Below, piece after piece: positions 53,868 through 64,000 of a stretch of DNA of 64,000 nt; positions within the stretch are counted from its first letter, which is position 1, and every line of letters begins with the position of its first letter. The position numbers and the translations under genes are program-made. Under the pieces are notes generated by a model. That model saw only the letters and a list, made by a program, of their open reading frames with translations. It was not told the DNA's origin and searched no databases. The stretch comes from Thecamonas trahens ATCC 50062 (Eukaryota; Protista; Apusomonadida). The stretch lies in contig NW_013657668.1 of assembly GCF_000142905.1 (NCBI RefSeq), positions 234,492 to 298,491 on the forward strand. Direction: 5' to 3'.

Positions 53868-55718
53868 TCACATGCCGAGCGAAAAGTCGTACGCCACATC
53901 AAGGACGGCTGTGGCGTCGTGCCACCCATGCTCACGACCAATGCCTAGGCGCAGCGTATGGAGCTTGGGCCCGAGCACGCCCTTAGCGCCCGAGAGCCGC
54001 TGAAGACCCTCGCGCGCCGCGTCGTCGTCAACGTCGGGTCCAATGACCAGCCGCTCAAGCATGAGCTGCCGGCGGGTTTCGACCACCAGTCGGTCAAGCC
54101 GCGTCCGTGCAGCCTCTGCTGCGCGCTGGGTCCGAACCACCCGCCGACCATACAGCCGCAGCGCGTCAAGCACACCCTCGACATCGACACCAACCGGGAG
54201 GCAGAGAATGTGGTGGACGTTGTCAACATATGCCTTTTCGGCGTCTGCCACAATCTGAAGCGGGAGTGTGGCAAGCTTGCCGCCGCGCAGCCAGTCGCGG
54301 TCAAAGGCACCGTCGGCGGCGCCGACCTGCAACCGCAGCAGGAGCTCCGAGTACTCGGGCAGCGCCTCGACGGCCGACGACGCAAAAACGTGTCGGACGT
54401 GCATAGCCCGTGAGAGCGCAAGCGCGAGCGACAGCTCGCCATCACTCTTCCCCGCCATCCTCCGCTGATGTGCAGACCGCGCCTCGTCCGACATGCCCTG
54501 CAGCTCGCAGACAGCTGCGGCCCACGCCGCCGGCGGGTCGTTGACGAAGAGATGAACCCGCCCGAGATCGTCGATGCTCGTCGTGCCCGCCGCCAGCGGG
54601 CTCTGGTGGAAGCAGACAACAAGAGAGGGGGGACCTTGCATGCCAGCCCGGGCTTCAGCGCCCTGGAACTGGCGGAGGTCAAAGCCGGCCGAAAAGCCAG
54701 GCTTCTCCGGTGGCTCCTCTCCCGAGCCACCGGGCCCGCGCAGAGGGCGCTGGCGGTCGACGTCGATCTCGTCGAGTTCGATCCCCATTGTCTCGCGGAG
54801 GACTGGCTTGAGGGCACGGAGCCAAGCAACCTGGTCGCTCGGTGCACACTCTGAGCCCGGCGCTTCGTCGTACAGAATCCGGATGCCCTTGAACATGAGC
54901 GAAGCCTGCTCGACGTTGCGGACCCGTTCAGCGTCGCGGACGGCGGCGAGGGAGTGGCGGACATGATCCAGTCGGTCGTCGGAGAGAAAGTCCAGCAGCG
55001 AGCCAGCTGGATAGACCTTGGCCGCCGCCGTGCCGGCCGGCCAGGTGCGGGCGTGGCGCGCCTCCCGCCGCGCAAACTCGCCCGACGGCGCCGGCTGGCT
55101 CTCGTCGACCGGACGACCAAAGTAGTTTCCAAAGTCAAAGCTCGGGTCCAAGCCAGCCTGAGTAAAGAGCTCGGTAAAGGTAGCGCGGAGGAGGCGACCG
55201 GGCGGTTCGCCAACGGCCAGCCGCGGCAAGTCGACCACAACCCGATGGAGCTTCTCGGGCTCGGCCTCGGCCTCGGCCTCGGCCTCGGCACCATCCGAGC
55301 CAGCCGACGCGGCCGAGGACTGGCTAGATGACGATGACGACGGCTGACGGACAAAGAACTCGAGCGATGTGGGAGGGCTAACAGCAGCGATGCCATCGGC
55401 GAGGCTCGACGATTTGCACTCTGCCACGAGGGTGTTGAGCAGCTGGAACGAGGTCTCATTGATCTTCTTCTCCTCAGGATGGGCCTGGAACCGATCAGGG
55501 TGAACTCTGAGGAAGAAGGCATTGAGCGCTCGTCCAAACGGCTTCTTCTTTTCCTCTTCCATCCCGCCGCCATCCCGCCCGGCTCGACCCTCTCCGCCAC
55601 TACTCCATCGCCACCTTGCTCTGTGCGCAGCGTCCACCAGTGCCGCCCTCCCAGAGCCTGCACTGCCAGCCCTCGCCCTCACCACCGAGCGCAACACCAC
55701 CCCCTGCAGTCGCAGCAT
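53868..55718 (-). CDS. TCAIM: TCAIM-like (DUF4460/DUF4461) mitochondrial J-like protein
   Basis: Arg-rich presequence MLRLQGVVLRSVVRAR; ALNAFFLRVHPDRFQAHPEEKKINETSFQLLN. Confidence 0.75.
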   Translation of the reverse strand: MLRLQGVVLRSVVRARAGSAGSGRAALVDAAHRARWRWSSGGEGRAGRDGGGMEEEKKKPFGRALNAFFLRVHPDRFQAHPEEKKINETSFQLLNTLVAECKSSSLADGIAAVSPPTSLEFFVRQPSSSSSSQSSAASAGSDGAEAEAEAEAEPEKLHRVVVDLPRLAVGEPPGRLLRATFTELFTQAGLDPSFDFGNYFGRPVDESQPAPSGEFARREARHARTWPAGTAAAKVYPAGSLLDFLSDDRLDHVRHSLAAVRDAERVRNVEQASLMFKGIRILYDEAPGSECAPSDQVAWLRALKPVLRETMGIELDEIDVDRQRPLRGPGGSGEEPPEKPGFSAGFDLRQFQGAEARAGMQGPPSLVVCFHQSPLAAGTTSIDDLGRVHLFVNDPPAAWAAAVCELQGMSDEARSAHQRRMAGKSDGELSLALALSRAMHVRHVFASSAVEALPEYSELLLRLQVGAADGAFDRDWLRGGKLATLPLQIVADAEKAYVDNVHHILCLPVGVDVEGVLDALRLYGRRVVRTQRAAEAARTRLDRLVVETRRQLMLERLVIGPDVDDDAAREGLQRLSGAKGVLGPKLHTLRLGIGREHGWHDATAVLDVAYDFSLGM

Positions 55719-56091
55719 GTGGATGAGATGAGGATGAGGAGGTATGGTTGTAGAGGGATGGAGGGGGTGGAGGGGGTGGAGGGGGTGGAGGGGGGGGGTG
55801 GGCGTGGGAGGGGGCGGGCGTGGGCGTGGGCGTGGTGACGCAGCACCCACCACTCAGGTAGCCTGACACAGCCATACACACAAGGGAGAGGGGCAGACAG
55901 AGCGATGACAGCAGTTATCGAGCATACGCATCATACCATGTGATGCGTCATGTGAGATGGTTAATACAACACTTCCTGTTATTCCTCCTTGTTGGATTTG
56001 GCCATGGCGTTGTGGCCAGACCGGGGAGGGAAGGCCAGCCAGCCAGCCAGCCAGGGTGGGGGGGGGGGGGGTGGGGGGGGTGGGGACACGG

Positions 56092-56191
56092 NNNNNNNNN
56101 NNNNNNNNNNNNNNNNNNNNNNNNNNNNNNNNNNNNNNNNNNNNNNNNNNNNNNNNNNNNNNNNNNNNNNNNNNNNNNNNNNNNNNNNNNN
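56092..56191. other. Assembly gap (100 N)
   Basis: Direct reading; G-rich runs lie just upstream. Confidence 1.
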
Positions 56192-56485
56192 TAGACTACA
56201 CAGTGTGGAAGCTGAGAAGCAGACGCCAGAGCGTCGATTTGATGCTCGCCGTGGCTGTAGTCATGGAGCGCGCTTTGGAGGGGGGGGGGTGACAGGCGAC
56301 CACAGCGACCCGAGACACAGAAGCACTGCCACCCCCACCCTACCAAAGCACACCACACCACTACAACCACTACAACCACCACAACCACCACAAGTGCTTC
56401 CCCTCCCCCTCTCCCCCTCTCCCTCTCTCCCCCTCTCCCTCTCTCCCTCTCTCCCCCTCCCCCTCGCGCGCGCCACTGCCCGACC

Positions 56486-58882
56486 ATGACTGACGTCGTG
56501 GCAGTCTCGTCGCTGCCGGCTCCAGCTCCGACCGCTACCTCACTGGCAGCTGCTCCCGTTCCTGCTCCTGTAGCAGCACAACCCGATGGTGTCGACGCTC
56601 ACGAAGCTGGTGATCCAGGGGCTTCGGATGATGAGGTGGTGTTTGTCGAGGGTCCGGCTGCGCACCTCTCGCTCAAAGAGCTGTCGGTGGAAGAGCGCAT
56701 GGCCGTCTACGATGTGCTCCTGGCTCAGGACGTGGCCTTTGTAGAAGATCCGGCTACAGACGGTCACTTTGTGGGCATGCTCGCTGTTCCGGATGCAGAT
56801 GCCTCAGAGACTGGATCCGATGCCGGCGCCGGCGCCGATGCCGCAGCTAGCCAAGGCGCTGACGACGCCGCCTCTGACATCCAGCCGGAGGCCGGCGCCG
56901 CTACCCTCGACCCGGTGGCCAGCGATGCGGACACGCCCAACCATGCTCTGCTTGCCGGGCAGGCCCAGACCGAGACCCACACCGAGATTGTCCGCGCCGA
57001 CGCCACTGCCATCGGCCGCTCACTCGCCGCGGAAGCCACATCGGTTGCTCGGACAATGTCCACAACCCAGACAACAACCGTGACTCAGAGCCAGGTCGAG
57101 AGCAAGACAACCAGTGTCGTCCGCGCCGACGCCGTCGCCATCGGCCGCTCCCTCGCCTCCGCCTCGGCCTCCACCTCTACCGCAACCCCCCACCCTCTGC
57201 CCGCAGCCTCAGTTCGAATGTCGTCGGCACGTACCCGCCTCACTGACCAGCAGCGCCAGACATCCGAGTCGTTCCCCCGCCAACAGTCGTCCCGCCGCAA
57301 GGCGCCCGGCTCGCCATCGACTCCGGGTCGCCTCGACGGACTCATGCATCCGGCACTGCTCGACGTCGAGAAGACCTCAGTCTCGCCGTTTGGCCTCAAG
57401 GTCACCCCAATGGCCAGAGTAGTCTCATCGGCCTCCTCCATCGCCCTCCGCCAGGCTTCGATGGCCTCGCTCTCTACTTCGGTTGCGTCAGCAACGACCG
57501 AGGCTGGTGCTGAGCCCGAGGGCTCGCCTGGTGCAGACAAAGAGTCCAAGCGACGGGGCTTGCGCACCAACTCGGACTATGAGCAGATGATTTCGTTCAT
57601 TTCGCGCCGGTATGCGTCGTTCTTTGATAGGCTCCGCTCGCGGCACGAGCTCACCGCGCGCAAGCACGTCCTCGGCTGGCTCGCCAAGCACATCGACGAG
57701 CTCTACGATGCGCGCGCCGCTTTTGAGGCCCACCAGCGTTCGCTGGTGGAAGACATCCTCGCCGAAGCCGTCTCACTCCGCGACCGCAACCCAACTGTGG
57801 AGGCCATGAGCTTTGACCGCTTTGTCCTCATGCATCTCGCCAAGAAAAACGGCCTCCGCTCGCTGACCGAGCAAACCGCGCTCGATCTGGTGTACAATGT
57901 CGAGCTCGAGCGCGCGTCGTCGCTCTACGTCGAGCTCTTTGCCCTCTTCCTCGAAGGCACCTATGACGTTCAGGATCTGGAGTTCTTCCTCTTTGCTCGC
58001 GCCGTCTTTGCCGCCGAGCTGCGCCCGGACAAGCACACCCACCTCCGCAATGTCGTCATCTCCCCCGTTCACGCCTGCGAGCTGGCTAAGGTGGTGCTCG
58101 GTGCCCCGCTCCTTGCCTCGGCCTTTTTCGACGTCGTCGACGCTTTCGCCGACGGCGCAGGCGTTGCGGCTGACACCAGCGATGCCGTTCTTGCCGTCGG
58201 CCACGTTCTCGCCCTCCTTGTTGTCTTCTTCCACTCGACCCGCCCGGACGAGGCTCTGCTCGCCTACCGGGCGTCGACCTCCATGGCCGACATGGCCTCG
58301 CCCGACGACGGCCAGGTTGTCTCGCGACCAATGACTTCGTCGCTCAACATCATCTCTGACGGCCTCATCGCCGCCATGCGCACCGCCGCAGAGGCACATG
58401 TCGACGCCTTCTTTACCTCCATCCCACACGCCTTTCTTCAAGCTGCAAGCGACCCCGAAGAGCTCCGCACCACCCTCGAGGTCCAGCTCAACAGCCGCCT
58501 CGCCTCGCAGCTCTCCGACCTCGTTCACTCTGCTGATCTTGCCAAAGGCGGCATGTCGTCTGCTCGCGCTTCGGGCCTCCCGCGCGAGGTCTTCCGCTAC
58601 CACGAGCATCTCCGCGCCCTCAGCAATGAGCTGCAGGCCCTGGAAGCCGCGGCGCCCGAGAACTCTGCCGAGGTCGCCGACGCTCGCCGTGACTTTGCTG
58701 TCCAGCTCCTTCTTGCCCCCGACATCCAGGCCTATTGCGAGTCTACCTTCAATGCCGCTCTCAACGGCCTTGTCGGCGGCTCAGAGCCAGGCTCGCCCTC
58801 GGCGCTTGGCATCATGCCCTCCGACGCGTCCGTCAACTGGGAACAGGCGCTAGACAGCCAGTCGTCGGGCGTCTGGCACTAA
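56486..58882 (+). CDS. Hypothetical protein, central domain possibly TSNAXIP1-like
   Basis: 798-aa ORF; WLAKHIDELYDAR, KKNGLRSLTE, VELFALFLEGTYDVQDLEFFLFAR. Family assignment is tentative. Confidence 0.65.
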   Translation: MTDVVAVSSLPAPAPTATSLAAAPVPAPVAAQPDGVDAHEAGDPGASDDEVVFVEGPAAHLSLKELSVEERMAVYDVLLAQDVAFVEDPATDGHFVGMLAVPDADASETGSDAGAGADAAASQGADDAASDIQPEAGAATLDPVASDADTPNHALLAGQAQTETHTEIVRADATAIGRSLAAEATSVARTMSTTQTTTVTQSQVESKTTSVVRADAVAIGRSLASASASTSTATPHPLPAASVRMSSARTRLTDQQRQTSESFPRQQSSRRKAPGSPSTPGRLDGLMHPALLDVEKTSVSPFGLKVTPMARVVSSASSIALRQASMASLSTSVASATTEAGAEPEGSPGADKESKRRGLRTNSDYEQMISFISRRYASFFDRLRSRHELTARKHVLGWLAKHIDELYDARAAFEAHQRSLVEDILAEAVSLRDRNPTVEAMSFDRFVLMHLAKKNGLRSLTEQTALDLVYNVELERASSLYVELFALFLEGTYDVQDLEFFLFARAVFAAELRPDKHTHLRNVVISPVHACELAKVVLGAPLLASAFFDVVDAFADGAGVAADTSDAVLAVGHVLALLVVFFHSTRPDEALLAYRASTSMADMASPDDGQVVSRPMTSSLNIISDGLIAAMRTAAEAHVDAFFTSIPHAFLQAASDPEELRTTLEVQLNSRLASQLSDLVHSADLAKGGMSSARASGLPREVFRYHEHLRALSNELQALEAAAPENSAEVADARRDFAVQLLLAPDIQAYCESTFNAALNGLVGGSEPGSPSALGIMPSDASVNWEQALDSQSSGVWH

Positions 58883-58919
58883 AGAGCTTTGCGACAAAAA
58901 ACATACTTGTGCGACCTCG

Positions 58920-59660
58920 CTAAGTTGTGCTGCCGCTCCCGCCCTCCAGCACCATGTCGTCGGTCCACGTCGCCAGCAGCTCGGCTTGCTCCGCTCGCTC
59001 GCGCGCCAACGACAAATCGTCCTCGGACGCTTCGCCGCTCACCCGAGCCGGAGCCTCCGTTCCGGCATCACCTTCACCTTGCCCACCACTGTCGTCATCA
59101 TACTCGCCAGCAAACATTGTAAGCAGCGAAGCCTCCACTTTTTCGTCGTCAGCGTCCGCAGCCTCGACAGCATCGCTCTCCTCCAGCACATCGTCATCAA
59201 CACCGTCGCTCTCGCTTGCCAGGACAGCCTCGTCATCTGACGAACGCAACACATCCTCGGCCTCCTCATCGCCGTCGACATCGTATCCCTCACCACCCTC
59301 GATCGCCACCTGAAGCTCGGCCCGTTTCAGCCGCAGCTGTTCCGGATGCATACCATTAGCCTCGGCGATGAGCGCCGCGTCCATCACCTCGTCCACCTCA
59401 TCCATCAGCTCCCTGTCCGACCCAACATCGTCGTCCACATCGCTCTGCGAGCGCTCTGACCGCATCGAGCGCGGTGACAGCGCTCCCACCCCTTCACCGA
59501 GTCCCAGACTCACCGTCGGCAAGACCAGGCCCATCGACTCTGCCCATGCCTCCCAGTGCGCCACCTTGGCCAGCGCCACCTCGAGGTCTGCCCGAGTCGA
59601 CGCCAACTGTGCCTGCAGCAGCGCACGCTCCGTCGCACCAACTCCTCCACCGCCTCCCAT
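58920..59660 (-). CDS. Hypothetical acidic protein
   Basis: ATG 59660; short coiled coil followed by D/E-rich sequence. Confidence 0.55.
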   Translation of the reverse strand: MGGGGGVGATERALLQAQLASTRADLEVALAKVAHWEAWAESMGLVLPTVSLGLGEGVGALSPRSMRSERSQSDVDDDVGSDRELMDEVDEVMDAALIAEANGMHPEQLRLKRAELQVAIEGGEGYDVDGDEEAEDVLRSSDDEAVLASESDGVDDDVLEESDAVEAADADDEKVEASLLTMFAGEYDDDSGGQGEGDAGTEAPARVSGEASEDDLSLARERAEQAELLATWTDDMVLEGGSGSTT

Positions 59661-60234
59661 GCTTCCGCGCCTCCCTGTCACCTGCTGTCCAGCTCGATAC
59701 CGAGCTCTGCCCCTCCATCCACCATCCCTGTCGTCAGTCTGTCGCTCGCTCGCTCCTCTACCGCCACCACCACCAAGGAACAAGCCCTAACCACACCCCC
59801 CCCCTTCTTCCTCCCTCTACCGTACCTGTTCAGCGCTTCATCCGCCCGCAGTAACGTCTGTCGCACCCGTTCCCGCCGCATCCCCTCCCAACGTATGCTC
59901 AAGCAGAGGCGTATACACAGACCTTCCGTTGCCCAACCCCCCCTCCCCAACCCCGTACCGCCCCCCCCCCCCCCCACCTCCCATCACCAGACCGAACACA
60001 AAGCCGATCGATCACTGGTGGCTGACGCACTCACGCAGACACGGCCAACCGCCCCTCCCCCCACACAAGTGAACACTCCTCACTTCTCACTCCTCGCTTG
60101 GAACCGACTTGACTGCTGCCAAGCTAGCCCCCCCCCCCTCCTTCCCCGCCTCGCTCCTTGCCCCGTGCATGCCCCATAGGGTTTACCCTCAGCCAGACTC
60201 GCTGCAAGCTCCGCAACTCGCCGTCCCGCCGCCC

Positions 60235-63119
60235 ATGTCGTCATCGCGCGGCTCGTCGACAGGATCGTCATCGATGGCCGGCTCGTCGTCGGATGGCTTC
60301 AACCCGGTTCGGACGTCGTCGTCGACCAAGGTCCAGCTTCGGGCGCTGTTCGCCAAATCAGCCACGTTCCAGCTCCGCCAGAAGAAGACCAACTGCTGCC
60401 AGATCGGCACGGCTGTCTTTATCGTCATCGCCATGTTTCTCCTCCAGATGCTGGTCGACTCGTTTGTGCAGAACGAAGATGGCTCCCGTCTCCCGGCTGT
60501 TCCGCATCCGCCCGTTGAGCGGCCGTATTTGCTGCGGACAAACACCGGCATCACGTCGTGCAAGGCCTTCCAGCCTGGCCCACTGCCCATCATCTGTGAC
60601 TACAACTCGGGCGCACCGTGCCCTCCGCAGCCACAAGGCGTCGTCTATGGCGACTTTTGGTACACTCTTGGTTCGGAAACCGCCAACGTCGACGAAGACG
60701 TGCTTGGCGCATGGTTCGGCGGCGCCAACGGGACGACCGACACCCTCTTCGGCGCCGTGCCCAACGAGGGCATCCAGCTGGTCTACGGCAAGATCTGGCC
60801 CGACCGCGGCAACTTTCAGGAGTTTTGTGACAAGGATCCGCACTGGGTCTACCCGTTCAACTTTTCGCGCGCCTCGTCGATCGCTGCGCAACAAGCATAC
60901 GTGTACAACAACTTTCGTGAGGCCAACGAGTTTGGCGGCTACGTCTTCCACACTTTCGACCGCTCGACTGCAGCCCTTGACGTCTCGATCCACTATAACG
61001 AAAGTCTGACCCTGGGTGACGATGCGCCGCTCTTTATGTCGCTCATTGCCCAGAGCGCGCTTCCGCTCTTGGCCCCGGCCTCAAACACTGTGCTGGACTT
61101 TCTGGGCTTGAAAGACTTTCCCAAGATCGACCGAGACAACTCGTTCGACCTCATCTCGCTCCTCGGCCCTGTCCTGTACATCTACGTGTTCCAGCTCATG
61201 CTTCCGGTGGTGCTCTCCGCCATTGTTTTGAGAAAGAGCACAAGCTCCGCGAGATCATGAAGATCATGGGCCTCAAGTCGCTTCCCTACTGGCTTGTCAA
61301 CTACTTTTTCGGCTACGCCCTATACTTTGTCTTCTCCATGTTCTTTTGGATCCTGGCCGCTATCCTTGGCTTCCGCTACTGGACGCTCAACTCACCGGCA
61401 GCCATCTTTCTGCTGCTTTTCATCTGGGGCCACGTCCTCATGTCGCTTGTCTTCCTCCTTCAAGTATTCTTCTCCAAGGCGCAGTCGGCGTCGATCGGAG
61501 GCTACCTCTTCATTTTCTCGGTCGGCCTCCTCGCCTCGACTGTGGTTCGCCAGTACTTGTACCAGCCCGAGACCCCGCGTGCCACCATTGTCTCGCTCTC
61601 GCTCTTTCCGCCGTTTGCCTTTTACCGCGGTCTGGTCATTCTTTCGCAGGGCGTCTCATTCAGCGAGCCCGGCCTCAAGTGGAAGAACATCAACAACGAC
61701 CAGGTCCGCCTCGGCGAGGTCTTTGCTTTTCTCATCTTTGAATGGCTCTTCCTCATGCTCGTTTCCATCTACCTCGAGGCGGTCTACACCACCTCGTACG
61801 GCATCAAGCGCAAGCCGCTGTTCTTCCTCGATAAGGCCTTCTGGTGCCCGCCAAAAGACAAGACGGCGTCGACGACCGACGCTTACGCCGCCACGCCAAT
61901 CGCTCCGTCCAAGGCGGGTGAGCCTGAAGATGTCGCCGCCGAACGCACTCGCGTTGCGTCGGGCGATTTCTTCGACCTCCGCTGCGCCGACCTCTCCAAG
62001 ACCTACCCAGGCCGCAACGGCCAACCGCCCAAGGAAGCATGTGCCGCCCTCGCTCTTGGCGTCTCAGCTGGCGAGTGCTTCGGCTTCCTTGGACCAAACG
62101 GCGCCGGCAAGTCCACCACCATCTCGATGATTTCTGGCCTGTTTGGCCCGACCTCGGGCACTGCCCATGTCTGCGGCTATGACATCAACACAGACATCGA
62201 CCTCGTCCACCTCAACATGGGTGTGTGTCCCCAGGAGGACTTGCTGTGGGACGATCTCACCGGCCCGGAGCACCTGCGCTTCTACGGCCGCCTCAAGAAC
62301 CTCTCGGGCACGGAACTGACCGCCGCTGTCGACCAAGTTCTCGAAGCCGTTGCCCTCAACGACAAGACTACCCGTGCCAAGGTCTCATCTGAATACTCGG
62401 GCGGCATGAAGCGCCGTCTTTCGGTCGCCTGTGCTCTCATCGGCTCACCGCGCATCCTCCTCCTCGACGAGCCGTCAACGGGCCTCGACCCGGCATCGCG
62501 CCAGAAGTTGTGGGATGTCATCCTGCAGTACAAGTCCAAGTGCGCCATGCTCCTCACCACTCACTCGATGCACGAAGCAGACGCTCTCTGCGATCGCATC
62601 GGCATCTTTGTCAACGGTGAGATGAAGACCATCGGCTCGGCGCCACAGCTCAAGTTCCGCTACGGCAAAGGCTACAAGCTCTCAGTCATCTCCTCGTCCG
62701 ACACCGTCGACGACGTCATTGCCTACGTCGAGAGCCACATTCCGTCGGCCACAGTCCTCAATACCCTCTCCGGCACCACAAACTTTGAAGTCTCCAAGGA
62801 CGCCGTCGCCCTTCATCGCATCTTTGCCGCCTTTGATGCGGCCCCCGACTCGCTTGCTATTCACGAGACCGGCGTGGCCAACTCGTCGCTGGAGGAAGTT
62901 TTCCTCAAGATCACTGACAAGTACGTCTACGGCAAGGCCGACATGGACTTGCCTGGCCACGATGTGCCCATGGACGCTATGTCATACCCGACTGCCTCCT
63001 CGTCGTCGTCAGACTCGACTGACTCGTCAGACTCGCCGTCGGCTTCCGATTCGCCGGTCCCTGGTCCGGCGAACTCGGCGTCGTCAGACTCGTCAGACTC
63101 GTCGTACTCGGCGTCATAA
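60235..63119 (+). CDS. ABCA: ABCA-family half-size transporter (frameshift in T4 run 61226-61229)
   Basis: QLRALFAK, TM1 plus large ectodomain, IVFEKEHKLREIMKIMGL after one added T, GPNGAGKS, CPQ, YSGGMKRRLSVA, LLLDEPSTGLDP, TTHSM, SLEEVFL. Confidence 0.92.
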
Positions 63120-63816
63120 CATGCCGCTCCGCCCCATACACAATCTCCCTGCCCGCCTCCCATCACGCCCTCCATGGGAGTCTACACCATCATCTTCATC
63201 ATCGTCGTCATCGCTCTCCCCCCTCCCATCGACGACCGCGCGTCCTACGGCGTCAGGCCTCCCCCAAAAGTCGTCGCAGAGCGCTCCTGATGACCATCAT
63301 GTACGTTCACACACGCAATACACTTGCCAAAGTGTTGAACACCACATATAACACACAATGCATTTATATGACCACCATAGCCTCTTCATACGAGTGTGCA
63401 TGGTCTACATCGAGGTAGTGTGTGTGGTCGGAGCATGAGGTGCAAGAAGGGGGGCTGATCAGCCAAGATCAACCAAATGCCAACTCATTCATGACGGCTT
63501 TTTCTTCACCTAGGACACATCGAGAAACTCTCACAACAACACATCATCATCAACCATCTCATTTGAGGTTTCATCACTGACTCCGTCGCCACCGCCACTT
63601 TCTTCACATGTGGTCATCGCTGGCACTCGCTCACGTCCTCTCCCACCACCGCCACCCCCGCTAGTGGTCGCCACACCGCAACGCAGACCGGCGCGCAACT
63701 CGCTCACCTCGCCCGGCTCTAGCTCGAGTACTCACTCGTCGACAGCAAGACTAGGAACAAAGCGCAAACGCAAGCAGCGTGGATCTCGTCGTGCCGATCA
63801 CAGGCCCCGCCACCGC

Positions 63817-64000
63817 ATGCCCCAGGTCCAAGTCTACTACCCAGCGCGCCGATCGCTGCTGCTGCGGCGGCGGCGGCGGCGGCAGAGCCGCAAGAAGCAG
63901 AAGCGTGAGGTCTCATCATCATCTTCGCCACCGACGTCGACCTCTTCATCCACATTCTCGTCGTCGCCTTCGTTTACGCCGACTTTTTCATCGCAAAGCT
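63817..64000 (+). CDS. Possible 5' end of a gene running out of the window
   Basis: ATG 63817 opens MPQVQVYYPARRSLLLRRRRRQSRKKQKREVSSSS with no stop before the window end. Confidence 0.3.
   Translation, partial: MPQVQVYYPARRSLLLRRRRRRQSRKKQKREVSSSSSPPTSTSSSTFSSSPSFTPTFSSQS

Noticed and set aside
55926-55948. 8-bp inverted repeat ACGCATCA/TGATGCGT
   Set aside because: Short enough to occur by chance; no supporting context.
63345-63505. TATA-like sequence, imperfect hairpin and T5 as a small RNA or 5S rRNA
   Set aside because: No match to 5S, snRNA or snoRNA motifs that I can support.

Overview
GC-rich, gene-dense, intron-poor eukaryotic (protist) genomic DNA. Gene content and the DEES-filter four-domain channel suggest an apusomonad such as Thecamonas trahens (inference, not verified). 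About 30 protein genes are packed here, with convergent pairs only 0-50 bp apart, and there is one 100-N scaffold gap. Recognisable genes: secreted haem peroxidase, F-box/ankyrin protein, NIPA-like transporter fused to a bacterial-type PI-PLC domain, LPLAT acyltransferase, Rheb, a myxobacterial-type Cys-rich repeat surface protein, a zeta-toxin-like kinase, an FHA-UIM-PARP-SAP protein, mARC, a small Tim, UFSP-like peptidase, TTC12, a ~2700-aa coiled-coil protein, QCR6, CENP-X, DDX31, a Nav-type channel, MTFR1-like, TCAIM-like and an ABCA half-transporter. Several features are missing or incomplete in the ORF track: a complete nuclear RNase P RNA gene (19868-20248) and the spliced QCR6, small Tim and CENP-X genes. 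All seven inferred introns have GTAYGY donors. Many genes are broken by a single missing base, most likely through homopolymer under-calling.
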